DNA of 64,000 nucleotides, from assembly GCF_006345805.1 (NCBI RefSeq), contig NW_021834236.1:7026-71025 (forward strand), read 5' to 3'. Every line of letters starts with the position of its first letter. Position 1 is the stretch's first letter. Origin of the DNA: Octopus sinensis (taxonomy: Eukaryota). The translations under genes were made by a program, and so were the position numbers. The notes beneath the pieces are model-generated. The model ran no database searches and was not told the DNA's origin. It saw only the letters and a list, made by a program, of their open reading frames with translations. Shown here piece after piece: positions 26,340 through 40,175 of the stretch.

Positions 26340-26834
26340 TTTGTGTTTGCGGAGAGAGAAGGAGGGAAGGAGTGAGAGAGAGAGAGAGTGAGAGAGAGAG
26401 GGAGAGAGGGGGAGGTAAGAAGGGAGAGAGGATAGAGGGAAGCGAGTGAGAGAGTTATCGATAAAGAACGAGAGAGGAGAACGTGATGAGGAATAAGTAG
26501 ATGGGAAGAAAGAGAAGGCGGGAGGGAGAGAGACAAGAGGGAGAAAGAGAGATAGAAGGAATGATTGTGTATGAGTATGAGAGACGGAGAGAGAAAAAGA
26601 GAGAGCGAAGGGGTAGAAGTAGGTGAGAGGGAGCTATAGATAAAGTGAGAGAGAGGAGAACGTGATGAGGAATAAGTAGAAGGTGGGGAGGGTGAAAGAA
26701 GAAAACGTGTTCCTGTGTATGAGTAAAGAGAGAGGGGGAGGTATAAGGTGGAGGGGTGAAAGAGAAGATGGTAGCGAGAGAGAGAGAGTAGGGGAGAGAG
26801 AGAGACAGAATGCTTGTGTATGTGTATGATAGAA

Positions 26835-26867
<33 letters not shown>

Positions 26868-27131
26868 AGGAGAAAGAGGGAGATAAGAGAAAGTAATGAC
26901 GAGAGAGGTAAAGTCTGCGAAGAAAGAAAAGAAGAAAGAGAGAGTTATTCCAAGAAAGAGGGGCTGTGTATACACACAGACACACAAATGTACACATACA
27001 TACATTATATATACATGTGAGTGTGTGTGCGTGTGAGTATGTGTATGCATATATGTATATATATTTGTATGTATTTATGTATGGTTTCTATGTATGTATA
27101 TACATACGCACATACATACATATATATATGC

Positions 27132-27181
<50 letters not shown>

Positions 27182-27341
27182 TATATATATTTGTGTGTAT
27201 GTATATATAAGTATGTATATATATATATGTATGTATATATATGTATATATATATGTATGTATATATATGTATATATATGCATATATATATATATGTATGT
27301 ATATATATATGTATATATATGCATATATATATATATGTATG

Positions 27342-27385
<44 letters not shown>

Positions 27386-27400
27386 TGTATGTGTGTATAT
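26340..27400. repeat. GA-rich purine tract followed by (TA)n/(TATG)n
   Basis: Direct. gagagaggagaacgtgatgaggaataagtaga is duplicated internally. Confidence 0.9.
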
Positions 27401-27849
27401 ATACAAGGTCTTATATACAAACAAAGAGAGGAGGGCAGAGGTTGGTTTCGGAACTTGTATTAAATAGACTCTGGATAGACGTTCATAGTTCGAAGCAAAG
27501 AGTTAAAACAAGGAAGAAGATCGATAGTAGAAGAATGGAAGGAGTACAAGAAGACAGGACGATGGAAGGCAACGTCGTAGAATTAGGTGAAAAGTTGCCA
27601 CGACAATGGAAACAATTGCAAAACAATGGTGGAATATAGAACAGAAATAAAATGGCGTCATTGAGAGTGAAAAACGGAGCGTTGCTACTCCCGCCGCTGC
27701 TGCTGTTGTTGTTGATGCGGTAGTGTTGGTGGTGGTGGTGGCTGTTGCAATTCTTGTTGTTACTGCTGCTGTGTTAGCTTCAGCCAACATCATGATTTAG
27801 AAAACCCTATGAGTCATTCCATCCGTGACCATTTCTTCTTTGTGTATAT

Positions 27850-28089
27850 CAGTGGTTTACGACCATGTTTTTTGTCAATGGATTTCTATAATTCCATAGC
27901 CATTAGATGCATATAAAAAAAATTCCTATTATATTTACATAATTCAATATTGTTGGGAATTATACTTAAAAAATTCTTCGAATATTTTGTGTACTGTAGA
28001 AATATAGCTAATTTCTTAAACATAAATCTTAACAACAAAATCTTATACGATCCCTTATGGGCCATGATGACCTCGGTTGAGAACCACTG
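27850..28089. mobile_element. hAT (Charlie-like) MITE
   Basis: TIRs cagtggtttacgacc / ggttgagaaccactg. The 8-bp flanks gtgtatat and gtttatat match at 7 of 8 positions, consistent with a hAT TSD. Confidence 0.6.
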
Positions 28090-28841
28090 GTTTATATCCT
28101 TGCTTTAGTTAGCAACGTATCTAAGGGTTGAACAGACAGGACCGTTCGTAAAGGGACCGAAATTCTTAGCAGTAGTTAGTCGTGGAATTAAACCTCAGAG
28201 GTCGCTGGCGCACAGTTTTAACTGAGTGAACTGAAGCAAGGTGAAATAAATTAATTTGCTGGAGAACACAGCACCTCGTAATGTTGGAGAATCGAACTCA
28301 CCACACAACAATCATAATGCCAAATATCTTAAAGCAAGTCCACCCGCCTACACTCTGGATCAGTGGTTCTCAAACGTTTTGCTTCTGTTTTGTTTTTGTC
28401 TACGGACCATTTGGATTCCTATTCAAATATGATTTTAGAATTTAAATACCGGTTTCCAATTTTGGTACAAGGCCAGCAATATCGGGAGAAGGGATCAGTT
28501 GATTACAGTGCTCAAGTGAGGGATTATTTCATTAAACCGGAAAGGCAAAATTGACTTCGGCGGAAATTTCAACTCGGAAAATAAACTCGGACGAAATGTC
28601 ACTAAGAAATTTGCCCGGCGTGCTAACGATTCTTCCAGCTCACAGCCGTAATAACCATTTCTACTAAAGGTAAAAGACCTGAAATTTTTACCGCATCGGT
28701 GGTACTGCGGATAGCCCTCCTCCTTTTCACTCCCTCGATATCCAAACTGCTGAAGGGTCTGCTCAAGGAAGGGGCTGCGAAACCCCTGCATCGAACCTTT
28801 GCAACCATATATGCGAAACCAATGCATCCACACACACACAG

Positions 28842-28936
<95 letters not shown>

Positions 28937-29764
28937 TATATATATATAGGGAATGAGTAGTAAGAATCGTTTAATAAAGCAACAAGGAAAAGAAACGAAA
29001 TAAAATTTTAAAAACACGGTAACAAGTTGGGGAAATACAAGTGTAACAACCATAATAGCAGAGCCAGACATCTTCGATAAGAAGTTAAGAGGAGCAGAAA
29101 ATGAAGTACTTTAAGTCGATTTAAAGAATCTAGAGGTTGCAAATGGAAGTCTACTCGTGTTTGGTTTCGTACTCCGATAATGCAATTAAGTGTAATTAAA
29201 TAAAAAAAATAACATAAATGTTTGACAAATTAATCTAGCATTGAATTCAGAGAAGCTTTTTGGGAAAACCTAATCAAATCTATCTTCAACAGAGCGCTAA
29301 CAAATTATAATTGTGCAAGAGCAAGGAGGAGGAGGAGGATGAGTGTTGTATGGTGTGATGTGATGGGGGAGAGTTAAAAAGAAACAAAAGTAAAATAAAA
29401 TAAACAGACAATAAAAACACAAAAGAAATAGACAAGATCTAGGAGGAGATGAAGAGAAGGACGGAGTTTAAAGAGCAAAACTAGGGAAAAAACCGATTTA
29501 GTAGCAAAAGCATTGTATGGCTACGGTTCGGTAATTACAAGTCATTATTCATAAATTCTACAGTTGTAAAGGCCACAGATCCGAACTGGAGGGCTTATTT
29601 ATGGTTCATACTTGGCTGGTTCATAGTTTTTTAAGTTCAGTTCGAATTTGCCTTTTTCTTATTATTTTGTAGTTGAGTCGATTGATTAAATCCTTACATA
29701 AAATAGATGAAATAATTTTGTTGTTGCAAATTATCATCAATGTTTTATATAATCATATTAGTTG

Positions 29765-30125
29765 ATTCATCATTATAGACACTGCTCCAGACATCAGCTT
29801 CGTCATCTTCCTCGCCTTCGTCAGTATAGCTGTCGGCATTATCAGCATTCTCACAATCATCATAATCATCAGCATCATCATCACCATCATCTTCAGCGTC
29901 GACATCAACGTCATCATTGCCTTCATCGTATTCATCGCCATCAGCATCGTTGCTGTCGTCGGCGACGGCGTTGTGATCATTGTTATTTTCACCGTAATCG
30001 TCAACGACGCCTTCGTCATCATCATCATCATCGTAATTGGCGTCGGTGTCGTCATCATCAAAAGCATCATAATGATCGTCATCTTTGCCATTATTGTCGA
30101 CATCTATATTATCATCACGAACGTC
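29765..30125. repeat. Degenerate (CAT/GAT)n trinucleotide tract
   Basis: Several frames on both strands give homopolymeric D, M, H or I ORFs. Confidence 0.75.
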
Positions 30126-31274
30126 AATCTTCATTGTCTGCGTCTGATTTGGTTTTAAATTCAAGAGAAGCAATATGACGCGTAGGTGTAAATACGCAAA
30201 TAAATACTTCAGACAAATTACTATGCTAAACAAAGAAACAACTGCATTTCAAAATTCCAGAATAAAAAATGGTTAAGGTGCAATGAATTTAAGGATCCCT
30301 TCTCTTGAGGATCTTTGAGGGTTAAAGATCGGGCAAATAGTTGAAAATTTGCATACATGAGAATATTTTGAAAATCTTGTGTAACCGGTGTAACAGTTAT
30401 CCTCTCAAGACAAGCCCCATCGATGCAATTCATAATGGTGATGAGTCATGCATCAGTTGGATTACGAATGTTAATTCGAAGGAAAGAGAGACACAATACA
30501 AAAAAATATCTCTTCTCTTAGTCAAGGCCAATTAAAAAAAAAAAGAGAAAAGCATTGGTTTGGTTCGGAAGAAAACGCTGTGTCCTGAAATCGATGTAGC
30601 AAAGGTTTCGCTTCAAGTGTTGCTGAAACCGAACCGTTAGAGACTATATACTCTCGGCAATTGAAATTATCGATCTCTCCCGTTGCCCATTACAGTAAAC
30701 CACCGACCACCAAATGATGATCAATCATTCCATTACCTTGACTGGGGAACTTGCTCCCTTTAAATGATGTATAGCGATTGAATGGCTTCACTTCACAGTT
30801 ATAACTTAAAACGTTTCTTCGTTTGGCTATAAAAGTTTACAGTTAGGTATTACATACGTACTTACATACACACATGCATGAATACACAAATGCATATATA
30901 TATACACAGATACATAAATACAGACGTACGTGCATGCATGCATACATAAGTGTGCGTGCATATTCGCATTTCTTATACATATATACATTATATATATATA
31001 TATTTATATATATATACATACATACATTTTATACGAGAGTGTGTGTATGATATATATGGAAGTATGTATATATATATATATATATCAATCTCTCTACATA
31101 TGTATACACACACACATATATATATATATAGGTATATGTATATATGTGTATATATATATGTAGGAGTGCACGAGTGTGTGTATGCGTGCGCGCGAGCGTG
31201 TGTGTTACATGCATGTGAAGTCTAAACTTATATAAATATATCTTGCTATTTTCTTCTCACAATAAGTCGAGATT

Positions 31275-31317
31275 AACCTGACACGTTTCACAACTAATTG
31301 GTTACTTATTAAAGATT
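31275..31317 (-). ncRNA. Decayed hammerhead relic
   Basis: Minus: aatct-TTAATAA-g...aac(caatta)gtt...GAAACGTGTC|aggtt. Stems I and II and GAAAC...GUC are retained. The core differs from CTGATGA by three transitions. Confidence 0.35.
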
Positions 31318-31531
31318 GAGGAACACATATCCTTTGCTTTTACAAACTTAAATTAGAACTAAGCAGACCAATTTATTCCTGAATGCTTTTTTTTGCATTT
31401 ACTAAAAATATAAGCTAATTGGTTTTTCTATGGTGAGTGAAAAATTATGTACTATATACAACTATATACACATCAGTCACACACATACTTGCTTAGGTAT
31501 ACAGACACACGTGTGTGTGAGCATATATGTA

Positions 31532-31658
<127 letters not shown>

Positions 31659-31682
31659 TTATATATATATATAGATAGATAG

Positions 31683-31795
<113 letters not shown>

Positions 31796-31904
31796 TATAC
31801 CTATGTGTGTGCTTGTGTATGTGTTTGGATGTACATATCTATATATATATAAATTCCAAAACTTTCAACAAATTCGCAAAGGAAACAACAATACAATATA
31901 AAAT

Positions 31905-33238
31905 ATGACCGTTGTTCCCAGGGAATGACTCATTGACCGCGGACCCAGGAAGTGTAAGTGAGATACTCAGTGAACAATTTAAAAGTGTCTTCACTTCCCG
32001 CCTTGGACACATACAGATAAAAATCCCGGCTGAATTCCTTAATATTGCAGCTTTAAAAAGCGATGCGCCAAGCCTCGATCACATCAACATTGAGCAGGCA
32101 GATGTAACAGCAGTCATTGATGAAATGAAACGAAGCTCCGCAACTGGTCCTGATAGCTTCCCATCTATTTTCCTGAAGTCATGTAAGCAGGCATTAGGGA
32201 AACCACTTCAGATACTTTCCAAAGTTTCCTTGCAACTACCCAAAAAGCTAAAAGAAGGCAGTTTATGCCCTATTCACAAAGGTTAAAGCATAGCTGAGGC
32301 CCAAAACTACAGGCCTATCTCTCTGACTTCACATGTCAGTAAAGTCATGGAACGAATCATCAGAAATAAGTTGATGATGTTCCTAGAAGAAAATGACTGA
32401 CTGAGCAATACACAGCATGACTTTTAGCTAGGAAGAGCCTGCCTCACACAACACCTACAGCATTATGACTGGGTTTTGAAACAGCTGCTTGACCACTTTA
32501 GATGTCATCGTGATATACCTTGACTTTGCAAAGGCATTTGATAAGGTAGATCATGGCATGATATGTCATAAATTACGAGAATTTGTCATTGTTGGTAAAC
32601 TGGGATAGTGGCTGCATGCCTTCCTTAAAGACAGAAGTCAGACGGTTGCAACCAATGGTTCCCTTTCTGAGGAAACTGAAATCCAAGCGGTGTCCCCAGG
32701 CAACTGTTTTGGGGCCACTACTGTTTGTAATAGCCTTCTAAGACATACCCACGGTCATTCAGACAGCCACTGTCATTAGCTATGCCGATGATACAAAATT
32801 ATCTCAGGCAATAAAAGATCAAAATGAAATCTGAAGTTTACAGCGGGACCTGAATTACATAGACAAGTGGGCCGAAATAAACAACATGCAGTTTAATGCT
32901 GGAAAATTTCAAGTACTGCACTATCAACTTACGAATGCACTACAACATGCATATACAGGATCCGAAGGCATGACAATCCCAGAGTCACAGGTAGTGAAAA
33001 AGCTTGGGGATCAGTATGTGCAATGGCGCATAATTTTATATGCAATTACGAAGATGGCAGCGATGTGCAGACAACTGGCAGGATGGATACTGAGGTCCTT
33101 CAAGACAACAAACTATGTTGACCTTATGGAGAAAATTTGTTCTCAGCCGTCTGGACTACTGCTTCCAGTTATGGCCACCACATAGTTCCAAATTAACAGC
33201 AGATCTTGAATCAGTCCGACGCCACTATACTAAATCGA
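31905..33238 (+). pseudogene. Decayed CR1/L2-clade LINE ORF2 reverse transcriptase with stops and frameshifts
   Basis: Motifs across frames: ATGPDSFP, PIHKG, NYRPISLTSHVSKVMERII, YLDFAKAFDKVDH, GVPQ..VLGPLLF, YADDTKL, DLN..DKWAE.NNMQFNAGK. In-frame stops are present. Confidence 0.92.
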
Positions 33239-33239
33239 A

Positions 33240-33452
33240 GGAGACGGGCTTTCTCCGTCCGGGTTGCGGATCCGTGGAATAAGCTGCAGGACGAGATAGT
33301 GAAGATGCCGACGACCGCTCGGTTCAAAGTCTCTCTTGACCAGAAATGGCCTGAACTCTTTGCATGAGCACCCTCCCTGTATATAACTCCATGTCCCCCT
33401 ACATGGCCTTGCTTTTCGCTTTTCGAGCCCCCAAATTAACTTAACTTTAAAA
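33240..33452 (+). mobile_element. CR1-type LINE 3' end (ORF2 C-terminus and 3' UTR)
   Basis: RRAFSVRVADPWNKLQDEIVKMPTTARFKVSLDQKWPELFA*, then the UTR ending aaattaacttaact. It is CpG-rich, so possibly a separate younger insertion. Matches 8680-8830. Confidence 0.8.
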
Positions 33453-34808
33453 TATTGAAACAATGAAGCGGATGAGCTACAGGGATAGGCTGTGAAAACC
33501 GAATCTTTAATACATAGCTACAAGCCTAAATATATATGTGCGTTTGTATGTGTGTGTATATAGTATATAGTATATATATATATATATGAAGCAAATACTG
33601 CAAACGTATGCACTTACGTATATTTCTGACGAATGATACCGTTGAAATCACTAAAAATGTTGAACACACTAAAAATGTTGAACACAAAAACCAAAAGAAC
33701 ACACGAAAAGATTATAAAACGAATATAACAAAGAGTGAAATCAAAGCGTTGGTTGTGTCACGCACCTGCTTTGGCGAGACATCAATTCTATGCTTGACTG
33801 ATTTCCATATCCACAAACGTCGCCTTAAACTTTCCATGTAATCAAGCATGTCAACCAAGGAATATTTAACCATAGAACTTTCGACAGAGCGTGAAATACG
33901 TTAACATAAACTGTCTAACCTCTTCAAATACTGTTTTATTTACATACATACGTTCACGCACACTCACAGAGCCACATACATATGGCTATATCTATGTATA
34001 TACATATGTACTTGTGTGTATATAATCGTAGTCATATTTATTCAAAAGAAATGTAGTTATTATTACAGGACCAACGTTCGCTTTTATCTCTATAACAAAT
34101 TAATTTAGGAAAGAGCGACAATAGCAAAATAACAATAACGACAGTAAAAATGAAAAGAAAGATTGATAGTAGAAATGATAATAGGAGCAATATGAATACT
34201 ATCAAGCCTGATTAAATATGGTAGTACAATATTGACGATAGTGACACAAAATGGCTGTTAGGATCGGTTGGTTGGTTGTTAGAAGATGACGGTGGCGATG
34301 GTGGTAGCGATAACGCTGGAGGTCGGAGAATCAAACAAAAAGAGAAAAAAACATCAATATTATATTAAAAAACAGGGCCTGGAAAAAATAAAGATGATGT
34401 CGATAAGGATAAATAAAGAAGAGAAATGATAATTAGGATGCCAGATAAGGCTAGTTGTATTAATTTAATAGTAACAAGAGGAAGGGTTATTGCATTGCAT
34501 CGGAGACAACTGTTTTGGAGCTGCTAGAGAAGAAATGTTACTTGTGCACAAATAGCACTGGTAGTGATAATAGTGGAGTTAAATGATGGGTGGGGGGTTA
34601 CTAAAGAAATTATTGTGAACGCAGAAAATAGGGTCAGAAGAAAACATAAGTGCGGGAACTAAATTTACTTAGGAGGTGCAAAGAGTTTTCTTTGTCCTAC
34701 AAAAAGTGTAGTGTTGCACTTACACACATCTTCCAGAGCCTATGAAGGAAATTTTCTGTCGCCTATGGACTGGGTGATGATTGTAAAGAACAAATCCGGT
34801 TACACAGT

Positions 34809-34863
<55 letters not shown>

Positions 34864-35189
34864 GTGTGTGTGTGTGTGTGTATTTCGTTTTGGTATTTGA
34901 CCCTCCCCAGACACAATAATATATACATATATCGTTGCTAATATGTTAAACTGTCGTATGTCCAAATTTGGTCGAATGCATTTCTGTTTTAATATTTATT
35001 TTTGCTTGCAATAGCCGGTTCTTTTGGTCAAACTATCGTAACTCCAGTTGCTTCAGATGCCGAGATATCAAAAATTGTGGTAGTGTAGTACAACGGTTTT
35101 GCTATCAAATCGTGGAACTAGTTTTCGCTTTCTGAAAAAGCAACATTTTGTACTTACGACATTTTTGCATAAGAACAACGATATTTTTA

Positions 35190-35595
35190 TCTTCTTTTAC
35201 TCTTTTACTTGTTTCAGTCATTGACTGCGGCCATGCTGGAGCACCGCCTTTATAGTCGAGAAAAAAGAGCCCAAGACATTCTTTGTAAGCCTAGTACTTA
35301 TCCTATCGGTCTCTTTTGCCGAACCGCTAAGTTACGGAGACGTAAGCACACCACCATCGGTTGTCAAGTGATGTTGGGGGGACAAGCACAGACACACAAA
35401 CTAATATACACATACATATATATATATTTATGCATATATACGACGAGCTTCTTTCAGTTTCCGTCTACCAAATCCACTCACAAGGCTTTGGGCGGCCCAA
35501 GGCTTTAGTAGAAGACACTTACCCAAGGTTCCACGCAGTGGGAATGAACATGAAACCATGTGGTTGGTAAGCAAGCTACTTACCACACAGCCACT
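35190..35595 (-). mobile_element. SINE family A, full length
   Basis: All modules present. Confidence 0.88.
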
Positions 35596-35930
35596 CTCTT
35601 CTTTATTTATCCTTATCGACATCATCTTTATTTTTTCCAAGCCCTGTTTTTAATATAACATTGATGTTTTTATTTTTTTTGTATGATTCTCCAACCCCAA
35701 GCGTTCTCGCTACCACCATCGCCACCGCCACCGCCATCTTCTAACAACCAACCAGACGATCTTAACAGCCATTTTGTGTCACTATCGTCAATGAATATAT
35801 ATTTACACAAACACATACAAACACACACACACATCTATATATATATATTTACACAAGTATTTTTACACCCTCACAAATACACACGCGCGCGCGCGCACAC
35901 ACACACACACATTTATATGTAGAGTAGTGA

Positions 35931-36345
35931 AGGCGGCGAGCTGGCAGAAACGTTAGCACGCCGGGCGAAATGCTTAGCGGTATTTCGTCTGCCGTTACGT
36001 TGTGAGTTCAAATTCCGCCGAGGTCGACTTTGCCTTTCATCCTTTCGGGGTTGATGAATTAAGTACCAGTTAAGCACTGGGGTCGATATAATCAACTTAA
36101 TACCTATGTCTGTCCATGTTTGTCCCCTCTATGTTCAGCCCCTTGTGGGTAATAAAGAAATAGGTATTTCGTCTGCGTTACGTTGTGAGTTCAAATTCCA
36201 CCGAGGTCGACTTTGCTTTTCATCCTCTCGGGGTCGATAAATAAAGTACCAGTTAAGCACTGGGGTCGATGTAATCGACTTAATCCCTTTGTCTGTCCGT
36301 GTTTGTCCCCTCTATGTTTAGCCCCTTGTGGGCAATAAAGAAATA
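35931..36345 (+). mobile_element. SINE family B dimer with 17-bp TSD
   Basis: tatatgtagagtagtga at 35914-35930 and 36346-36362. Both units end gccccttgtggg(t/c)aataaagaaat. Confidence 0.92.
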
Positions 36346-36636
36346 TATATGTAGAGTAGTGAGACCCAAAAAGTTTGCTGCATTGTATCGGAGGTTTCAA
36401 GGTAAGTGTGGAGGTGCTGTTAGAGAAGAAATGTTAATAGAAAAGTACCGTTGATAGATAAATAGTTTAGCTTCTTACAATGCATGACATGAAATGGATA
36501 ATATTCGATGAACCTGCTTTATCGTTCAATGTATGATATCCACTTTGTCCCTCATTGCAGCTGATGGAGATTTCGTTAAGATGACCGTCGCTAAACAACT
36601 GACAGTCTAGCAACGAACATAATACGATTATAAATT

Positions 36637-37034
36637 AATAGCAGTATCGCCCGGCGTTGCTCGGGTTTGTAAGGGAAATAACTATATAAGCATTTTTAGA
36701 GATGTAAAGTATAATAGCCATCTCAATATGGCTAACCACAAAGGTGGGGTTTTACTGTAGCTTTTTACGTTCTGATATTTAATAATATATTTTTAGAGAG
36801 TTACTTCCCTTATATATGCCAAAAATGCATTAAAAATGGGAAAAATTGATGGTAAATTTTTTTTTTAATCGTAGACTCATCGTAGACGCGCGCTAGTACC
36901 CAGAAGGGCTCGATATGAATCACGACTATAAGATACCCGGTTTTGGTTAAACTGCACCGCAAAATGTGGGAGTAGTTAGGAATCTAAATCGTAGGAGACA
37001 GACAGCACACAACCTCTCTTTTATATATAAAGAT
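36637..37034 (+). mobile_element. Helitron/Helentron-associated non-autonomous element (DINE-1/HINE-like)
   Basis: 5' tagcagtatcgcccggcgttgctcggg and 3' acagacagc...cttttatatataaagat resemble HINE ends (recalled, not searched). Confidence 0.55.
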
Positions 37035-37132
37035 AAGGTGCATAGAATTCAGAAGGAACAATCCGTACTACACACGCACTTGTATATGTGTGTGTATGTA
37101 TATGTAAATGTGTATGTGTGTGTATATATATA

Positions 37133-37330
37133 TTTTCTTTTACTTGTTTCAGTTATTTGAGTGCGGCTATGCTGGAGCACCGCCATTAGTCGAACAAATC
37201 GACCCCCAGGAGTTATTCTTTTTAAGTGTAGTACTTACTCTATTGGTCTCTTTGCCCAAGCGCTAGGTTACGGGGACGTAAACAACCAGCATCGGTGGTA
37301 AAACGAAGGTGGTGGGACAAACACAAACAC
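37133..37330 (-). mobile_element. SINE family A 3' half
   Basis: Tail and body end at (CATA)n. Confidence 0.8.
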
Positions 37331-37367
37331 ACAAATACATACATACATACATACATACATACATACA

Positions 37368-37398
<31 letters not shown>

Positions 37399-38360
37399 TA
37401 AATTCAACTTACGTTGAAAGTCAACAAACAAAGTTTATTTTAGAAGCGTTGAGATGTATTGAACAAGATGAGGAAATACTTTCATTTTCAAACGCAGGAT
37501 AATGCTAATAATATAGCATGAACAGGATAAACTATCCATATTTTGCAGAAAAGTCTGTCGGTGGGGAATGAAGAGAGAAAGAGAGAAAGGAGATTAATGA
37601 AAACAAAAGGATATAAGGTTATCGAATTCTAAGGTAAAACGTGTTTAGTTTTCTATTCTTTCCCCAGTTTTCTTTACATGAGTGTATGAGTGTGTGTCTT
37701 GTGATTTATCCTTGAGAAAATTTATGACTAAATTCCATTTTTGCTTTGTCTCACTCTCGACTCCTAACATTTCCGTTTAATATCATGTTACGCAACAGAT
37801 ATGGAATTAAACGGAACTTAGCACATGAAATCTTAGAACCTTTGATTTCTTCAGACAGTAGATGATTCCCATAGCCATTGTGCTGGCAATAGGGTTGGTT
37901 ATTCTATTAATAGTTATAGATAGTATTTCCTTTTCTTCTGTGCCAACGTACCAACCCATTGTCTTCTGAGAGTCTTTTGCATTTTTTAAGTTCGCAAGCT
38001 TAAGACAAGTGTATTTGGTTAATTAGATATTTCATACAGAGTAACTACGAACTACATCACACGTATAATACATAACACTGCTAAAAGATAGATTACTAAA
38101 AGTATTACTAACGTAATTCATTCTTTAAACTTCAGAACAGAAAACAGTTACGCCGTGAGATTTCTCTCTGTGTTGTTGTGAGCATAACAATGTTAACTAA
38201 ATCTTAGTGCATGTAAGCGGAAATATCTCATAATAGTACAGCATGAATGCGTCTGAAATCTTAATATTTTTATACGTAGATCTGAACTAGACATTCTCAA
38301 TGACATCACGTGTTAATATAGTTGAAAAGATTACTTGTTATTTTATTTAATTTTTTAAAA

Positions 38361-39676
38361 AGAAATAACAGTGCACAAAGCATTAAAAAAATGTATGTTT
38401 ATTTCATAACGAACTGATGTCAAAATTAATACATTGTAACATATGTCATAAACAGACGAGAACTTAAATTCAATCTATACAACAAATAATAGAGATTCTA
38501 TTTAATTATTTCTTATTCAGAAACGTGGTTAAAATTTTGAAAATATTATTTCCAGGAACTATTATCATCATGATTAAGGTAGCAAGCTTATCATTATCAT
38601 TAGCGCTTCGGGTAAAGATGCTGGATGTTGTCTTTCATCCTTTCGGGGTAAGCACTGGCGTCGATGAAATGGACTATCCCTCTCCCACCCCAAAATCCCA
38701 ACTTTTAAGGCCCTGTGCCTATAGTAGAAAAAAAGAACGTTAGGCAAAATTCTTTTGTGGTATTTCGTCCGTCTTTACATTCTGAGTTCAAACTCCACCA
38801 AGGTCGACTTTGTCTTTCATACTTTCAGGGTCGATAAAATAAGTACTAGCAGAACAACGGGACCGATGTAAATCGATTAGACACCTCCCTCAAAATTTCA
38901 GGCCTTCTGCTCATTGTAGAAAGGATTACCATTATGATTGAGATGGTGAGTTGACAGAATCGTTAACACGTCGGATAAATATGTTTTGTGGCATTTCTTT
39001 TGACTCCTTTTGTTTTAAGTTCAAATGCCGTAGAGACTGACTTTGTCTTTCATCCTTTCGCAAGTACCAGTTGAACGCCAGGGTAAACCGTTTACCACCT
39101 AACTTAAAATTGGTTGTCTTGTGCCAAAATGTCAAGCCATTGCTATTGAAGCAGTGAGCTGACAGAATCGTCAATGCGTCCAACAAAATGATTTGTGGTA
39201 TTTCTTGAGATTTAAAAAATTTTCAGTTCAAATCGCATCGAGATCAAAACTGCCGCTTAAAGAGAGGGTGGGAGTTACGGAAATCCCATGTCTTTTCTGA
39301 CCTGACTAAAGGCACGTGTCCTTAAAGTTTGGGATTTTGGAGTGGGAGGGAGATGGTCCATTTCATCGACACCAGTACTTACACCGAAAGGATGAAAGAA
39401 AACATCCGGCATCTTTACCCGAAGCGCTAATAATAATGATAAGCTTGCTACCTTAATCATGATGATAATAGTTCCTGGAAATAATGTTTTCAAAATTTTA
39501 ACTACGTTTCTGAATAAGAAATAATTAAATAGAATCTCTATTATTTGTTGTATAGATTTAATTTAAGTTCTTCTCGTCTGTTTATGACACATGTTACAAT
39601 GTATTAATTTTGACAACAGTTCGTTATGAAATAAACATACTTTTTTTTTAACGCTTTGTGTACTGTCATTATTTCT
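38361..39676. repeat. Inverted duplication: arms 38361-38725 and 39304-39676, ~580-bp spacer of SINE B fragments
   Basis: The arms are reverse complements at roughly 90% identity by eye. ORFs 38525-38743(+) and 39275-39493(-) are the paralogous translations. Confidence 0.9.
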
Positions 39677-39740
39677 CTTCTCCACAGGTGTCACTTGGAT
39701 CAGTACGCTATTTCCTGTAACAGATATGTCTGGAACCAGA

Positions 39741-39893
39741 GTGGCTGTGAGGTAAGTAGCTTGCTTATCAACCACATGGTCTTAGTTTCAGTCCCACTGC
39801 CTGGCACCTTGGGCAAGTGTCATCTACTATAGCCAGGGGCCGACCAAAACCGTGAGTGTGGATTTGGTAGACGAAAACTGAAAGAAGCCCGTC

Positions 39894-39950
<57 letters not shown>

Positions 39951-40173
39951 ATGTAGGTTTGTGTGTGTGTTTGTTCTTCCACCATCGCTTGACAACCGAT
40001 GCTGGTGTGCTTACGTCCACGTAACTTAGCAGTTCAGCAAAAAAGACTGATAGAATAAGTACTAGGCTTACAAAGAATAAGTCCTGGATCTCTTTACTCG
40101 ACTAAAGGCGTAGCTCCAGCATGGCTGCAGTCAAATGACTGAAACAAATAAAGAAATAAAAGAATAAAAAAAT
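39741..40173 (+). mobile_element. SINE family A with possible 6-bp TSD accaga
   Basis: Full head-to-tail copy. accaga at 39735-39740 and 40174-40179. Confidence 0.85.
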
Positions 40174-40175
40174 AC

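Noticed and set aside
29745-30233. 162-aa Asp-rich ORF with a hydrophobic N-terminus, resembling acidic biomineralisation proteins
   Set aside because: The start is TTG, and the first ATG lies after the hydrophobic stretch. Neighbouring frames are also open, as expected for a decayed (GAT)n tract.
33620-33660. CTGACGA-atgataccgtt-GAAA string
   Set aside because: Stem III does not pair and stem I has only three A-U pairs. Compatible with chance.
38525-39493. Paralogous 72-aa ORF pair
   Set aside because: Both start at GTG/TTG-type codons, run into SINE B sequence, and simply reflect the inverted duplication.
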